Notes: generated by a model from the sequence alone, not told the origin. DNA of 21,267 nt from Candidatus Oleincola secundus (GCA_018400815.1 JAGYLS010000026.1:1-21267); one strand, 5' to 3'; counted from the stretch's first letter, positions 1-11,464 are shown. Program-made: numbers and translations.

Positions 1-96
1 ACAGCGAACAAAATAAATACTTATGATCTTGTAAATTATCAGAAAATGTTAATAACTAAAGGTGCTTTAAAAATAATTGAGGAGGTATTTGTATAA
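1..96 (+). CDS. rplD: 50S ribosomal protein L4, 3' end (partial)
   Basis: Frame 1 reads TANKINTYDLVNYQKMLITKGALKIIEEVFV*, a typical L4 C-terminus; the TAA overlaps the rplW ATG (TAATG); canonical S10-operon position. Confidence 0.93.
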   Translation, partial: TANKINTYDLVNYQKMLITKGALKIIEEVFV

Positions 97-383
97 TGAC
101 CTCTAATAAAACAATTTTGATTCATCCCATAATTTCAGAGAAAAGCGTAAGAGATAAAGAAGACAGTAAATATATATTTAAAGTGGATCTTGGCGCTAAT
201 AAGAATGAGATTAAAAAATTTGTGGAAGATAAATTTAAAGTAAAAGTAGCAAAAGTTAATACAATTAAAGTTCCTGCAAAGAATAGAAAAATGGGAAAAT
301 ATAGTGGAAAAACGTCTCACTGGAAAAAAGCTATTATTACTTTAACTAAAGGACAGAAAATAAAAGAATTAGACAATATTTAA
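96..383 (+). CDS. rplW: 50S ribosomal protein L23
   Basis: PIISEKS, ANKNEIK and WKKAIITL motifs; synteny. Confidence 0.97.
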   Translation: MTSNKTILIHPIISEKSVRDKEDSKYIFKVDLGANKNEIKKFVEDKFKVKVAKVNTIKVPAKNRKMGKYSGKTSHWKKAIITLTKGQKIKELDNI

Positions 384-418
384 TTAAGAAACATTTGAAA
401 AGAAAGGTGTCGATAAAA

Positions 419-1252
419 GTGGCTGATATAAAAAAGTATAAACCAACATCATCTGGTAGAAGGTTTATGACTGTGTCCACCTTTGAAGATATTACCTGCT
501 CAAAACCTGAAAAGAAATTAACTAAAGGGAAGAGCAAAAAGGCCGGTAGAAACAATAACGGGCGAATAATGGTTAGGAGAAAAGGTGGGGGCACAAAAAG
601 AAAGTATAGATTGATTGATTTCTTAAGAGAAAAAGAGGGAGTACCTGCAAAAGTAGCTGGTATTGAATATGATCCTAACAGATCTGCAAGAATTGCATTA
701 TTAAAATATATGGATGGCGAAAAAAGGTATATTGTTTGCCCTGCAAAGTTGAAAGTTGGTGATGTAATTGTTTCTGGTAGAAAAGCCGAAGTTAGTCCTG
801 GTAATACCAAAGCACTAAAAGATATACCTCAAGGTACTTTTATTCATAATATTGAAATGAAAAAAGGACAAGGAGCAGTTTTGGCAAGATCTGCTGGAGC
901 TATTGCTCAAATATTGGCAAAAGAGGGAAAATACGCTCAAGTTAAATTACCTTCTGGAGAAGTAAGACTTATTAGTTTGGAGTGTTTTGCCACTATAGGT
1001 CAAGTTGGTAATTTGAATCATTCTAATATAACCTTAGGCAAGGCAGGAAAGAGCAGATTAAAAGGCAGAAGGCCAAAGGTTAGAGGAGTTGCCATGAATC
1101 CAGTTGACCATCCACTGGGTGGTGGTGAAGGAAAGTCTGCTGGTGGAAGACATCCGGCATCCCCAAATGGATTACTAGCCAAAGGTTATCGTACGAGGAA
1201 AAAGAAGAAAGATTCAGATAAGTATATTGTTAGAAGAAGGACAGATAAATAG
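419..1252 (+). CDS. rplB: 50S ribosomal protein L2
   Basis: [18 protein letters not shown] and [17 protein letters not shown]; probable start is GTG at 419 after GAAAGGTG (ORF track starts at 395). Confidence 0.98.
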   Translation: MADIKKYKPTSSGRRFMTVSTFEDITCSKPEKKLTKGKSKKAGRNNNGRIMVRRKGGGTKRKYRLIDFLREKEGVPAKVAGIEYDPNRSARIALLKYMDGEKRYIVCPAKLKVGDVIVSGRKAEVSPGNTKALKDIPQGTFIHNIEMKKGQGAVLARSAGAIAQILAKEGKYAQVKLPSGEVRLISLECFATIGQVGNLNHSNITLGKAGKSRLKGRRPKVRGVAMNPVDHPLGGGEGKSAGGRHPASPNGLLAKGYRTRKKKKDSDKYIVRRRTDK

Positions 1253-1269
1253 GGGGGATTGATTGTACA

Positions 1270-1554
1270 ATGTCAAGATCAATTAAAAAAGGTCCATATA
1301 TTGATGAAAAATTATTAAAGAAAATCCGTGATTTAAATAAAAAAAGAAAGAAAGAGCCGATAAAGACTTGGTCAAGGAATTCAACAATATTTCCTTTGAT
1401 GGTTGGACATACCATTGCTGTGCACGATGGGAAGAAACATGTACCTGTTTATATTACTGAAAATATGGTAGGCCATAAATTGGGAGAATTTTCACCTACC
1501 AGAAGGTTCAAAGGGCATGGCGCGCACACAGAAAGGTCAACAACAATAAAATAA
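1270..1554 (+). CDS. rpsS: 30S ribosomal protein S19
   Basis: [27 protein letters not shown]. Confidence 0.98.
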   Translation: MSRSIKKGPYIDEKLLKKIRDLNKKRKKEPIKTWSRNSTIFPLMVGHTIAVHDGKKHVPVYITENMVGHKLGEFSPTRRFKGHGAHTERSTTIK

Positions 1555-1608
1555 ATAATCAATTTTTAAAAACTGTTGATGTATTTAGTAAAAAATAGGA
1601 GGAAAATT

Positions 1609-1953
1609 ATGGGTGTAAAATCTGTTGGAAAATATATTCCGATGTCTTCAAGAAAATGTCGGCGAATGATTGATATGATTAAAGGAAGAGATACGGGATC
1701 AGCGTTATTACAATTACAATTTTCACCAAAGAGGTCTGCTAAGATGATCTATAAGGTGTTAAAATCAGCAATTTCAAATGCTGAAAATAATCATGATATG
1801 AGCGTTGATGAATTATATATTAATCGCGCATTCGTTGATGAAGGACCGACAATAAAGAGATTTAGAGCGAGGGCAATGGGCAGAGCAGCTAGAATTAATA
1901 AACGAACAAGCCATATCACCATTGAAGTAGAAGAGAAAGGGGTTGAAAAATAA
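1609..1953 (+). CDS. rplV: 50S ribosomal protein L22
   Basis: SAISNAENN, VDEGPTIKR, RAMGRA, RTSHITI; ATG at 1609 follows AGGAGG. Confidence 0.97.
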   Translation: MGVKSVGKYIPMSSRKCRRMIDMIKGRDTGSALLQLQFSPKRSAKMIYKVLKSAISNAENNHDMSVDELYINRAFVDEGPTIKRFRARAMGRAARINKRTSHITIEVEEKGVEK

Positions 1954-2712
1954 TTGGGACAAAAAGTTCACCCAAAAGGTTTACGTATCGGTATCATTAG
2001 AGATTGGGATGTTAAATGGTTTAGTCGCAAGGAATACAGTCAGAATGTTTATCAAGATTATAAAATAAGAAAATATATTAAAGATAATCTAAAACATGCA
2101 GGAATATCATTAATAAATATTGAGAGAATTGCGAATAGAATAAGAATAACCATAAACTGTGCAAGACCTGGAATTATTATTGGAAGAAAGGGAGTTGAAG
2201 TTAACAGGTTAAAAGAAAATTTATCCAAATTAATAATAGATGGCGAGTTACAAATCAATATTAAAGAAGTAAAAGTGCCGGAGATTGATGCTCAATTAGT
2301 TGCTGAAGATATTGCAAATCAGATATTAAGAAGAGCCTCTGTAAAAAGAATTATGAAACAATCGACATCTCGAGCTATTAAAATGAAGGCAGAGGGGATA
2401 AAAATAATGATTGCCGGCAGAATAGGTGGAGCTGAAATAGCTCGCACTGAATGGCATATGGAAGGTAGGCTGCCATTACATACCCTAAGAGCTGATATAG
2501 ATTATGGTTTTGCTGAAGCAAATACTACTTATGGTAAAGTTGGTGTTAAGGTATGGATATTTAAAGGAGAAATTTTACCGAAAACTAATAGTACACAAAA
2601 GGTTGTAGGTACATCAGAAGTAAATTATAGAGAGAAGAGCCAATATAACAAGACTGATGAACAAAAAAAGACAGAAAAATTAGGGGAGGGAGAAGATGCT
2701 TCAACCAACTAG
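1954..2712 (+). CDS. rpsC: 30S ribosomal protein S3
   Basis: [40 protein letters not shown] start; charged C-terminal tail. Confidence 0.98.
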   Translation: MGQKVHPKGLRIGIIRDWDVKWFSRKEYSQNVYQDYKIRKYIKDNLKHAGISLINIERIANRIRITINCARPGIIIGRKGVEVNRLKENLSKLIIDGELQINIKEVKVPEIDAQLVAEDIANQILRRASVKRIMKQSTSRAIKMKAEGIKIMIAGRIGGAEIARTEWHMEGRLPLHTLRADIDYGFAEANTTYGKVGVKVWIFKGEILPKTNSTQKVVGTSEVNYREKSQYNKTDEQKKTEKLGEGEDASTN

Positions 2713-3118
2713 AACAAAGTATAGAAAGATGCAACGTGGGAAAATGAAGGGAAAAGCACACAAAGGTAATTTAATATCCTTTGGTGAATATGGTTTGCAA
2801 GCATTGCAATCTGCCTGGATTACAAGTGCTCAAATAGAATCTGCCAGAATTGCTGTAACACATGCTGTAAAACGTGGAGGTAAAGTTTGGATTAGAGTTT
2901 TCCCTCATAAATCTGTTACTAAAACTGCTGCTGAAACAAGAATGGGAAAAGGAAAAGGATCACCGGAATTTTGGGTTGCAGTTGTTAAACCGGGAACAGT
3001 ATTGTTTGAGCTCGGTGGTGTTGATGAGGAAATTGCCAGGGAAGCAATGAGATTGGCTTCACACAAAATACCAATCAAGACTCGTTTTGTCATGCGAGAA
3101 GAACAGGTGGTGGGTTAA
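2696..3118 (+). CDS. rplP: 50S ribosomal protein L16
   Basis: [23 protein letters not shown]; overlaps the rpsC end by 17 nt. Confidence 0.98.
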   Translation: MLQPTRTKYRKMQRGKMKGKAHKGNLISFGEYGLQALQSAWITSAQIESARIAVTHAVKRGGKVWIRVFPHKSVTKTAAETRMGKGKGSPEFWVAVVKPGTVLFELGGVDEEIAREAMRLASHKIPIKTRFVMREEQVVG

Positions 3119-3119
3119 A

Positions 3120-3350
3120 TTGAAAGCAAGCGAATTAAGAGATTTGTCAATAGCAGAATTAGAAAAAAAATTAGTTGATTTAAAAGATGAATTGTTCAGT
3201 TTACGTTTTCAATCAGTAACAGGACAATTAAGTAACCATATGAAAATAAGCGAAGTTAAACACGAAATTGCAAGAACAAAGACTATAATAAGAGAGATTG
3301 AGTTAAGCAAAAATAATACTAAATCTGAAAGTATTAAAATAACTAAATAA
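3120..3350 (+). CDS. rpmC: 50S ribosomal protein L29
   Basis: KASELRDLS...[21 protein letters not shown] start at 3120, just after the rplP stop. Confidence 0.96.
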   Translation: MKASELRDLSIAELEKKLVDLKDELFSLRFQSVTGQLSNHMKISEVKHEIARTKTIIREIELSKNNTKSESIKITK

Positions 3351-3380
3351 TTGAAAAAAGAAAGAATAAGGTGATGTTAA

Positions 3381-3638
3381 ATGTCAATTTCAACTGAAGC
3401 AAAAAGCAGGGTCGGTATCATAGTAAGTAATGCTATGGAAAAATCTGTTGTTGTTCAGGTAAGTTACCTTGTAGCTCATAAGCTTTATAAGAAAAGAATT
3501 AAAAAAAGTTCTAAGTTTATGGCTCATGATGAGAAGAATATATGTGAAGTTGGAGATAAAGTAAAAATAGTATCTACCCGACCTTTAAGCAAGAAAAAAA
3601 GATGGGAAGTTGCTGAGATTATTCAAAAACGAAAATAA
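3381..3638 (+). CDS. rpsQ: 30S ribosomal protein S17
   Basis: [22 protein letters not shown]. Confidence 0.97.
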   Translation: MSISTEAKSRVGIIVSNAMEKSVVVQVSYLVAHKLYKKRIKKSSKFMAHDEKNICEVGDKVKIVSTRPLSKKKRWEVAEIIQKRK

Positions 3639-3714
3639 AGAAAGAATAATTACTTATTATATAATATAAATAATGATTTGATTATCTTATGATTTGTAAG
3701 GGAGTGTGGCAAAA

Positions 3715-4083
3715 TTGATACAAATGCAGACAAGACTTTTTGTGGCAGATAATTCTGGTGCAAAAAAAATTCAATGTATAAAGGTGCTTGGTGGTTCTAG
3801 AAAAAGATATGCTAGGATTGGTGAGGTGATTGTAGCCTCTGTTAAGGAAGCAAACGTGGGAGGCACTGCAAAAAAGGGAGAGGTAATTAAAGCAGTTATC
3901 GTTAGAACTAAAAAAGAAGTTGGGCGTCCGGATGGTTCGTACATCCGTTTTGATGATAATGCTGCTGTAATTATTAATAATCAGAATGAACCTATTGGAA
4001 CTAGAATATTTGGTCCTGTAGCAAGGGAATTAAGAGATAAGAAGTTTATGAAAATTATATCCCTCGCTCCCGAAGTGATATAG
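3715..4083 (+). CDS. rplN: 50S ribosomal protein L14
   Basis: [30 protein letters not shown]; probable TTG start at 3715 (alternative GTG at 3706). Confidence 0.98.
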   Translation: MIQMQTRLFVADNSGAKKIQCIKVLGGSRKRYARIGEVIVASVKEANVGGTAKKGEVIKAVIVRTKKEVGRPDGSYIRFDDNAAVIINNQNEPIGTRIFGPVARELRDKKFMKIISLAPEVI

Positions 4084-4106
4084 TAATGCGGAAAGGAGAT
4101 TTTAAA

Positions 4107-4439
4107 ATGCCCAAGGGTAAAGTTACACTAAAAAAGGGAGATAATGTTCTAGTAATTTGTGGAGAAGATAAAGGAAAAAATGGGAAGATTATTGATATTT
4201 TTCCCAATAAAAAAGAAGTTATCATAGAAGGTGTAAATTTTTTAAAAAAACATATGAAACCAACACAGAAGTCTCCACAAGGTGGAATTGTAAAACAAGA
4301 GGGTCCTATACATCTGTCTAATGTTAGATTAGTTTGCAATAAATGCAATAAACCAACAAGCATTAAGCGAGATGTTACAAAAGAAGGAAAAAAAGTACGA
4401 GTATGCAAGAAATGCGGAGAAATTATAGATAAGGTCTAG
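4107..4439 (+). CDS. rplX: 50S ribosomal protein L24
   Basis: KKGDNV.VI.GEDKGK KOW motif, EGPIHLSNV; ATG at 4107 after AAGGAG. Confidence 0.97.
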   Translation: MPKGKVTLKKGDNVLVICGEDKGKNGKIIDIFPNKKEVIIEGVNFLKKHMKPTQKSPQGGIVKQEGPIHLSNVRLVCNKCNKPTSIKRDVTKEGKKVRVCKKCGEIIDKV

Positions 4440-4450
4440 GAGGTTAACAA

Positions 4451-4999
4451 GTGATACCCAGGCTAAAGCAAAAATATCAGCAGGAAATTATACCTGCAAT
4501 TATGAAAAAATATAATTACAAAAATAAAATGGCAGTTCCAAAAATTGAAAAAGTAGTAATTAATATGGGACTTGGAAAATCAAGAGAAGATGCCAAAATA
4601 GTAGATGAAGCAACCCAGGTTCTAGCAACAATTACTGGACAAAAACCGGTAATAACAAAATCAAGTAAATCTATTTCAAATTTTTCCATAAGAAAGGGAA
4701 TGCCAGTAGGATGTAAGGTTACCCTTAGGAATAATATAATGTATGAGTTTTTAGACCGGTTAATAAATGTTGCTATTGCCCGTATACGTGATTTTCAGGG
4801 GACTTCTCCTGATTCATTTGATGGTCGGGGGAATTATACGCTGGGCATAAAAGAACAATTGATATTTCCAGAGATTGAGTTTGATAAAGTAAATACAACA
4901 TTAGGAATGAATGTTACTATTGCAACAAATGCGAAAAATGATGAAGAAGCAAAAGATCTTATACGTTTAATCGGAATGCCCCTTAAAAAGGACGAATAA
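4451..4999 (+). CDS. rplE: 50S ribosomal protein L5
   Basis: [38 protein letters not shown]. Confidence 0.98.
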   Translation: MIPRLKQKYQQEIIPAIMKKYNYKNKMAVPKIEKVVINMGLGKSREDAKIVDEATQVLATITGQKPVITKSSKSISNFSIRKGMPVGCKVTLRNNIMYEFLDRLINVAIARIRDFQGTSPDSFDGRGNYTLGIKEQLIFPEIEFDKVNTTLGMNVTIATNAKNDEEAKDLIRLIGMPLKKDE

Positions 5000-5022
5000 C
5001 TGAAAAAAGAGGAGGATAAATA

Positions 5023-5208
5023 GTGGCAAAAAAAGCTTTGATAGCTAAGGCAAATAAAGAACCAAAATATAAGGTTAGGAAATATAGTCGCTGTAATATC
5101 TGTGGAAGACCTAGAGGATACATTAGAAAATTTGGAATTTGCCGGATCTGTTTCAGAAAAATGGCGCATAATGCTGAATTACCAGGTGTTACAAAATCAA
5201 GTTGGTAA
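5023..5208 (+). CDS. rpsN: 30S ribosomal protein S14, short zinc-binding (type Z) form
   Basis: 61 aa with RCNICGRPR and ICRICFR, ending LPGVTKSSW. Confidence 0.97.
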   Translation: MAKKALIAKANKEPKYKVRKYSRCNICGRPRGYIRKFGICRICFRKMAHNAELPGVTKSSW

Positions 5209-5280
5209 TAGTGAGAAGTTTAAATTTTACTAGAAATGTAATCTAAAATATTTGTATGATTGCAAGAGGGGAGGATATAT

Positions 5281-5679
5281 ATGGGTGTTGTTTCGGATCC
5301 AATTGCCGATATGATTACCAGAATAAGGAACGCAAACCGTGCTAGAGGTGGAAGAGTAGAAATACCATCTTCTAAAATAAAATTAGAAATTGCTAAGATA
5401 TTAAAAGAAGAAGGTTTTGTTAGCGATTATAAATATAAAAAAGATAATAAACAAGGAACGATAACAATATTGTTAAAATATTCCGATAGGCAGAGAATTA
5501 TTACAAACTTGAAAAGGATTAGCAAACCTGGCTATCGCGTTTATGTTAATAAAGATGATATACCAGAAGTCTTGGGAGGATTGGGAATTAGTATTATGTC
5601 AACGTCCAAAGGTATAATGTCAGGAAAAGAAGCAAAAAAGCGCCATTTTGGCGGAGAAGTATTATGTTATATCTGGTAA
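5281..5679 (+). CDS. rpsH: 30S ribosomal protein S8
   Basis: [34 protein letters not shown] at 5281 after GGGAGG. Confidence 0.98.
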   Translation: MGVVSDPIADMITRIRNANRARGGRVEIPSSKIKLEIAKILKEEGFVSDYKYKKDNKQGTITILLKYSDRQRIITNLKRISKPGYRVYVNKDDIPEVLGGLGISIMSTSKGIMSGKEAKKRHFGGEVLCYIW

Positions 5680-5785
5680 TAATATATCAGATAAATATGG
5701 AAAACTTATTGAAAAATAATTAGCATATATTTTTTTGATAATATAAAGAATTTTTTATTGGATGAATTCGTGCAAGGAGGAAGAA

Positions 5786-6334
5786 ATGTCCAGAATTGGT
5801 AAATTACCCATCCAGATACCTGAAGGGATGTCAGTTGATATTAAAAATAAAAAAATAATTGTGAAAAAAAATAATCAGGAATTATCTTTTGAAATAAATC
5901 CCGATATAAAAGTAAAGGTTAAAGATAATCAAATAATTGTTGAGAGGCCAAGTGATCTAAGATTGCATCGTTCTTTGCATGGTTTAACTAGAAATATGAT
6001 TTTTAATATGATTAAAGGAATAAACGAGGGCTTCGAAAAGACTTTGGAAATAAGAGGAGTTGGTTATCGAGCGGATATTAAAGGAAAAGATCTTGAATTA
6101 AGCCTTGGTTATTCTCATCCGATTAAAGTAAAGGCACCTGAGGGAATTGAGTTTATAGTTGATAAACAAAAGACTATCAAGATCAAAGGTTCTGATAAAC
6201 AATTAGTTGGAAAAATTGCAGCAGAGATAAGGAATTATCGAAAGCCAGAACCTTATAAGGGTAAAGGCATTAGATATGTTGATGAGCATGTAAGAAGAAA
6301 AGTTGGTAAAGCAGGAGCAACCGTCGGTAGTTAA
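5786..6334 (+). CDS. rplF: 50S ribosomal protein L6
   Basis: MSRIGKLPI, GVGYRA, LGYSHP, PEPYKGKGIRY. Confidence 0.98.
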   Translation: MSRIGKLPIQIPEGMSVDIKNKKIIVKKNNQELSFEINPDIKVKVKDNQIIVERPSDLRLHRSLHGLTRNMIFNMIKGINEGFEKTLEIRGVGYRADIKGKDLELSLGYSHPIKVKAPEGIEFIVDKQKTIKIKGSDKQLVGKIAAEIRNYRKPEPYKGKGIRYVDEHVRRKVGKAGATVGS

Positions 6335-6386
6335 CAAAAAAAATAGTGAATTATTGACATGACCAGAAAGAGGGGTTCTTAATTTT

Positions 6387-6746
6387 ATGAAAAACACAAA
6401 GGTATTATCTCGAATTAGAAGAAAAAAGGGTATTAGAAAAAGAATATTTGGCACTAGCGAAAAGCCAAGATTAACAGTATTTCGTAGTGCAAAGAATATT
6501 TATGCTCAGGCTATAGATGATGATGAGGGAAAGACCTTATTATCCTTATCAACCTTAAGCCCTGAAGTGAAAAATGAAATATCCTATGGTGGGAATATTA
6601 ATGCAGCGGAAGTCACTGGTAAGCTTTTAAACAAAAAATTAAAAGAAAAAGGGGTTTCTCAAGTTGTTTTTGACCGAAATGGCTATTTATTTCATGGCAG
6701 AATCAAGTCATTAGCAGACCAAATTGAATTAAAGAAGAAAAAATAA
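6387..6746 (+). CDS. rplR: 50S ribosomal protein L18
   Basis: PRLTVFRSAKNIYAQ, VVFDRNGYLFHGRIKSLAD. Confidence 0.96.
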   Translation: MKNTKVLSRIRRKKGIRKRIFGTSEKPRLTVFRSAKNIYAQAIDDDEGKTLLSLSTLSPEVKNEISYGGNINAAEVTGKLLNKKLKEKGVSQVVFDRNGYLFHGRIKSLADQIELKKKK

Positions 6747-6840
6747 ATATTTTACCTATTTAAAACTAGTGTTATTTTAAAGTGATATATATAAATCTAT
6801 AAATTAGATCCATTAATTGATAGGGAGAGGAGATGAGTAC

Positions 6841-7341
6841 ATGCAGATGGCTGCAAATGAAGAACAGGAATTTAAAGAAAGCGTTGTCTTTGTTAATAGA
6901 GTAAGTAAAGTGGTAAAAGGTGGCAGGAGATTTGGTTTTAGTGCTATGGTTGTTGTGGGTGATGGCAATGGTTCTGTAGGCATAGGTTATGGTAAAGCAA
7001 AGGATGTCTCGGATGCAATTAAGAAAGGTGTCACTAAGGCAAAGAAAGAAATGTATAAAATAAAAACAAGAAACAATACTATACCCCATGCTGTTACCGG
7101 AGTGCATAGTGGTGCAAAAGTTTTTTTGAGACCGGCGTCTCCAGGAACTGGCGTAATTGCCGGTGGAGCTGTAAGAGCTATAATTGAGGCTGCAGGAATT
7201 CAGGATATTCTTACTAAGTCTTTAGGAAGCGATAATAATTTAAATATTGTAAAAGCTACAATGGAAGCTTTGATAAGTCTAAAAAATGCCAGAGAAGTTG
7301 CTAGATTAAGAGGCATTCCTGTTGAGAGATTATATAGTTAA
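6841..7341 (+). CDS. rpsE: 30S ribosomal protein S5
   Basis: [25 protein letters not shown] at 6841 (or 6847) after GAGGAG. Confidence 0.98.
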   Translation: MQMAANEEQEFKESVVFVNRVSKVVKGGRRFGFSAMVVVGDGNGSVGIGYGKAKDVSDAIKKGVTKAKKEMYKIKTRNNTIPHAVTGVHSGAKVFLRPASPGTGVIAGGAVRAIIEAAGIQDILTKSLGSDNNLNIVKATMEALISLKNAREVARLRGIPVERLYS

Positions 7342-7365
7342 TTGTAACTGAGGGGGAATAAAACT

Positions 7366-7806
7366 ATGAAGTTAAATAACTTAGAGCTTAATCCAGGGTC
7401 AGTCCATGCTAAAAAACGGGTAGGTAGAGGCAATGCATCAGGAAATGGAACGACTGCTGGAAGAGGAATGAATGGCCAGAAGAGTAGGTCTGGTTCAAAA
7501 ACTAGGTCATATTTTGAAGGCGGACAAATGCCTTTAAGCCGCAGAGTGCCAAAGCGTGGATTTTGTAATATTTTTAAGAAAAAATATGCCATTATAAATA
7601 TTGAAGATTTGAATAGATTCAATAATGATGAAACCATCACTCCTGAACGTTTATTGGAAGAAGGTATGATTAAAAAAGTAATGAATGGTATAAAAATATT
7701 GAGTCAAGGAAATATTAATAAAAAGTTAACAGTTAGAGCACACCGATTTAGCCAGGAAGCAATTAAGAAAATTGAAACAGCTGGTGGAAAGGTTGAGGTG
7801 ATATAA
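7366..7806 (+). CDS. rplO: 50S ribosomal protein L15
   Basis: RVGRG.ASG.GTTAGRG..GQKSRSG, FEGGQMPL.RRVPKRGF. Confidence 0.98.
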   Translation: MKLNNLELNPGSVHAKKRVGRGNASGNGTTAGRGMNGQKSRSGSKTRSYFEGGQMPLSRRVPKRGFCNIFKKKYAIINIEDLNRFNNDETITPERLLEEGMIKKVMNGIKILSQGNINKKLTVRAHRFSQEAIKKIETAGGKVEVI

Positions 7807-9075
7807 GTGCTGGAACAATTGCGTAGTCTATTTAAAATACCTGATTTAAAAAGTCGTCTCCTTTTTACATTAGCTATGCTGATTGTTGTTAGATTGGGAA
7901 GTCATATACCTTTGCCTGGTATAGATAAGCAAGCTCTTGCTAATCTATTTGCCCAGGGTGGTATCCTTGGATTCTTCGATCTTTTTGCCGGTGGAGCATT
8001 GAGTCGTTTTTCGCTTTTTGCTCTTGGTATTATGCCCTATATTAATGCATCAATTATTATGTCATTACTACAATCAGTTGTTCCCTTATTTGAGCAATGG
8101 GCTAAGGAAGGTCAGGAAGGCAGAAGCAAGCTAAATAGAATTACTAGGTACGGAACAGTAGTGCTTGGTTTAATACAAGCTGTAGGAATTAGCGCATGGC
8201 TGGAAAGTTTACAAGTTTTAATGATTACCGGTTTATTGTTTAGGTTTTTATTAATTATAAGTTTAACTGCCGGTACATGTTTTTTAATGTGGCTAGGTGA
8301 ACAAATTAGTGATTACGGGATAGGTAATGGTATATCAATAATTATATTTGCTGGTATTGTAGCGAGAATACCTACTGAAATTATTCAAACCTGGAATTTA
8401 TTTAGAGTAGGGGAAGTTAGTATAATTTCAATAATTGCCCTTTTAGCAGTAGTTATTCTTGTTATAGCTGGTGTGGTAGCAATCCAACAAGGTCAAAGGC
8501 GTATCCCAGTACAGTACGCAAAGAGAGTTGTTGGACGCCGACTATATGGTGGACAAGGAACTCATATTCCATTAAGAGTGAATCAAGCTGGTGTTATCCC
8601 GATTATCTTTGCGTCAGCTATTCTCATATTTCCTGGAACAATTGCACAATTCTTTCAGGGTTCTGCATTTATGCAAAAAGTGTCTCAAGCTTTATCACCC
8701 GGGACACCTTTATATTTGACTCTATATGCTATATTGATTATTGTATTTACTTTTTTCTATACTGCCATTACCTTTAATCCACAAAATATGGCTGATAATA
8801 TGAAAAAATATGGTGGTTTTATTCCTGGAAGAAGACCGGGGAAAGCAACTGCAATATATATTGATAATATAATGACTAGGATTACTTTGAGTGGAGCTAT
8901 CTTTTTAGCAATAATTGCCATTTTACCTAATATATTAATTGAAATAACCGGGATTACTACTATTTATTTTGGTGGTACTTCAGTTTTGATAATGGTAGGA
9001 GTTGCACTGGAGACAGTTCAGCAAATCGAGTCTCACATGCTAATGAGACACTACGAAGGTTTTATTAAAAAATAA
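7807..9075 (+). CDS. secY: Preprotein translocase subunit SecY
   Basis: SLFALGIMPYINASII, GIGNGISIIIFAGI, GFIPGRRPG; multiple TM segments. Confidence 0.98.
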   Translation: MLEQLRSLFKIPDLKSRLLFTLAMLIVVRLGSHIPLPGIDKQALANLFAQGGILGFFDLFAGGALSRFSLFALGIMPYINASIIMSLLQSVVPLFEQWAKEGQEGRSKLNRITRYGTVVLGLIQAVGISAWLESLQVLMITGLLFRFLLIISLTAGTCFLMWLGEQISDYGIGNGISIIIFAGIVARIPTEIIQTWNLFRVGEVSIISIIALLAVVILVIAGVVAIQQGQRRIPVQYAKRVVGRRLYGGQGTHIPLRVNQAGVIPIIFASAILIFPGTIAQFFQGSAFMQKVSQALSPGTPLYLTLYAILIIVFTFFYTAITFNPQNMADNMKKYGGFIPGRRPGKATAIYIDNIMTRITLSGAIFLAIIAILPNILIEITGITTIYFGGTSVLIMVGVALETVQQIESHMLMRHYEGFIKK

Positions 9076-9125
9076 AAGATATTTTATTTTCAGTTTATGT
9101 ATGTATTTATTAAGGGGAATTATCT

Positions 9126-9791
9126 ATGATAATTATTTTATTAGGCCCTCCCGGGGCAGGCAAAGGGACTATTGCAGGTGAAATAAAAAAAGAAAAGGAT
9201 ATTCCTATTATTTCAACTGGAGATATCTTGAGAAAAGCTATTAAGAATGGATCCGATTTAGGCAAAGAAGCTCAATCATATGTTAACTCAGGAAAATTAG
9301 TTCCGGATTACTTGATTATGAAAATAATTGAAGAAAGAATCAAAGAAAAAGATTGCAAAAAGGGATTTATGTTTGACGGTTTCCCGAGAACAATTCAACA
9401 AGCAGTGGATTTAGAATTGCTTTTCAAACGTTTAAAACATAACATCGATCAAGTTTTTTACTTTGAAACTTCTAAAAATACAATAATTGAAAGATTGTCA
9501 GATAGAAGGGTTTGCACAAAATGTGGAGCTATATATAATCTTAATTATAACCCTCCAAAGATTAAAGATAAATGCGATAAGTGTGGAGGAGAGCTTATAC
9601 AAAGAGATGATGACAAGGAAGAAACAATTCTAAAGAGACTGGAAGTATTTAATGATGAAACATTACCATTGGTTGATTACTATCAGAAACAAAATATATT
9701 AACCAAAATTAATGCTGATCAGGATCTTGATGATAGATTTAAAGAAGTCGAAGCTAGATTAAAAGAGCTTGGTCTTGTTGGGAAGAAGTAA
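9126..9791 (+). CDS. adk: Adenylate kinase with zinc-binding lid
   Basis: LLGPPGAGKGT P-loop, DGFPRT, lid CTKC...CDKC, QRDDD. Confidence 0.97.
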   Translation: MIIILLGPPGAGKGTIAGEIKKEKDIPIISTGDILRKAIKNGSDLGKEAQSYVNSGKLVPDYLIMKIIEERIKEKDCKKGFMFDGFPRTIQQAVDLELLFKRLKHNIDQVFYFETSKNTIIERLSDRRVCTKCGAIYNLNYNPPKIKDKCDKCGGELIQRDDDKEETILKRLEVFNDETLPLVDYYQKQNILTKINADQDLDDRFKEVEARLKELGLVGKK

Positions 9792-9794
9792 TAT

Positions 9795-10556
9795 ATGGTT
9801 ATTATAAAGACAGACAAAGAAATTAGACAAATAAAGAAAAGTTGCCAGTTGACAGCGAATACGTTACAATATATAACTGAAAAAATAAAACCTGGATTGA
9901 AGACAATAGAAATAGATAAAATAGCTGAATCCTTCATATTAAAAAATGGAGGGAAGCCATCCTTTAAGGGTTATGGTGATGAAGGTAATGAATTTCCTTC
10001 ATCAGTATGTATTTCGATAAATGATGAGATTGTGCATGGAATACCGGGAAAAAGGGTTTTACAAGAAGGGGATATTGTCAGTATAGATATCGGAACTTAT
10101 CTGAATGGTTATTATGGGGATAGCGCTGTGACGGTTGGGGTAGGAAAAATAAGTAAAGTTGCTGAAAAATTAATAAAGATAACCAAAAAATGCTTGTTTG
10201 AAGGCATAAAAAAAGCCATAAGTGGTAATTCCATTGGAGACATAGGAAATGCTGTACAAACTGTAGCAGAAGAGAATAACTTTTCAGTTGTAAGAGAATT
10301 TGTTGGACACGGAGTAGGCTTAAAAGTTCATGAAGATCCACAAATACCAAATTATGGTAAGCCTAAAACTGGTTTAAAGTTAGAACAAGGAATGGTAATA
10401 GCTATTGAGCCAATGGTTAACCAAGGAGATTATCGAACAACCAGTAGTGATGATGGATGGACTGTAAAAACTGCTGATGGAAGTTTGTCAGCTCATTTTG
10501 AACATACTATTGCAATATACGAAAAAGGTAATGAAATTTTAACACTCTGTAATTAA
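9795..10556 (+). CDS. map: Type I methionine aminopeptidase
   Basis: SINDEIVHGIP, GDSAVT, GHGVG..HEDP, AIEPM, SAHFEHT. Confidence 0.97.
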   Translation: MVIIKTDKEIRQIKKSCQLTANTLQYITEKIKPGLKTIEIDKIAESFILKNGGKPSFKGYGDEGNEFPSSVCISINDEIVHGIPGKRVLQEGDIVSIDIGTYLNGYYGDSAVTVGVGKISKVAEKLIKITKKCLFEGIKKAISGNSIGDIGNAVQTVAEENNFSVVREFVGHGVGLKVHEDPQIPNYGKPKTGLKLEQGMVIAIEPMVNQGDYRTTSSDDGWTVKTADGSLSAHFEHTIAIYEKGNEILTLCN

Positions 10557-10607
10557 ATATTAATGATAAAATAGATTATTCTTTTTCATGAATTGGAGAT
10601 GATTATT

Positions 10608-10823
10608 ATGGCTAAAGAAAAATATGTAGAAATGAAAGGGAAGGTAACCCAGGCTTTGCCTAATGCAACTTTTAAAGTTGAATTAGAGAACGGTTGTGAG
10701 ATATTAGCTCATATTTCCGGTAAAATAAGAATGCATTTTATTCGTATATTGCCTGGTGACAAGGTGAAAGTTGAGATATCTCCATATGATTTAAGCCGAG
10801 GTAGAATTGTATACCGTTTATAG
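10608..10823 (+). CDS. infA: Translation initiation factor IF-1
   Basis: [33 protein letters not shown] at 10608 after GGAG. Confidence 0.97.
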   Translation: MAKEKYVEMKGKVTQALPNATFKVELENGCEILAHISGKIRMHFIRILPGDKVKVEISPYDLSRGRIVYRL

Positions 10824-10915
10824 TTAGATATAAAGAAAATATTTATGTTATATGTTGCGAACATTTAGTATATTAACAATATTAATGTAGATAATTGCAA
10901 GAGAGGAAATAGAAA

Positions 10916-11032
10916 ATGAAAGTTAGGTCATCCGTAAAAAAAATTTGCGAAAAATGTAAATTAATTAGAAGACATGGAAAAATAATGGTAATATGCAGTA
11001 ATCCCAAGCATAAACAAAAACAGGGAAAATAA
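10916..11032 (+). CDS. rpmJ: 50S ribosomal protein L36 (not in the ORF track)
   Basis: Manual translation [38 protein letters not shown] (38 aa, zinc-ribbon form); RBS GAGAGG upstream. Confidence 0.97.
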   Translation: MKVRSSVKKICEKCKLIRRHGKIMVICSNPKHKQKQGK

Positions 11033-11050
11033 TTAAGGGGGAATTAAAAT

Positions 11051-11425
11051 ATGGCTAGAATTAGTGGTGTTGACATACCTAATAATAAGAATATTGATTG
11101 TGCCTTGACATATATATATGGTATTGGTTATACATTATCCCGAAAGATATTAACCGAAGCTGGCATTGATTTCCAGACTAAAGTAAAAGATTTAAAGGAT
11201 GATGAGATCAATAAAATAAGAGATATAATTGGTAAAAATAATAAAGTTGAGGGTGAATTAAGAAGCCAGAGGACTGCTGATATTAAAAGGCTAATGGAAA
11301 TTGGCTCTTATCGTGGATTGAGACATAAAAGAAGTTTACCAGTAAGAGGTCAGAGAACAAGCACAAATGCTAGAACAAGAAAAGGGCCAAGAAGAACTGT
11401 TGGTATAAAGAGAAGCAAATCATAA
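11051..11425 (+). CDS. rpsM: 30S ribosomal protein S13
   Basis: [40 protein letters not shown]. Confidence 0.98.
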   Translation: MARISGVDIPNNKNIDCALTYIYGIGYTLSRKILTEAGIDFQTKVKDLKDDEINKIRDIIGKNNKVEGELRSQRTADIKRLMEIGSYRGLRHKRSLPVRGQRTSTNARTRKGPRRTVGIKRSKS

Positions 11426-11464
11426 TACTGAAATATATTAATAAGAGGAAAGGAGAAATTAGTA

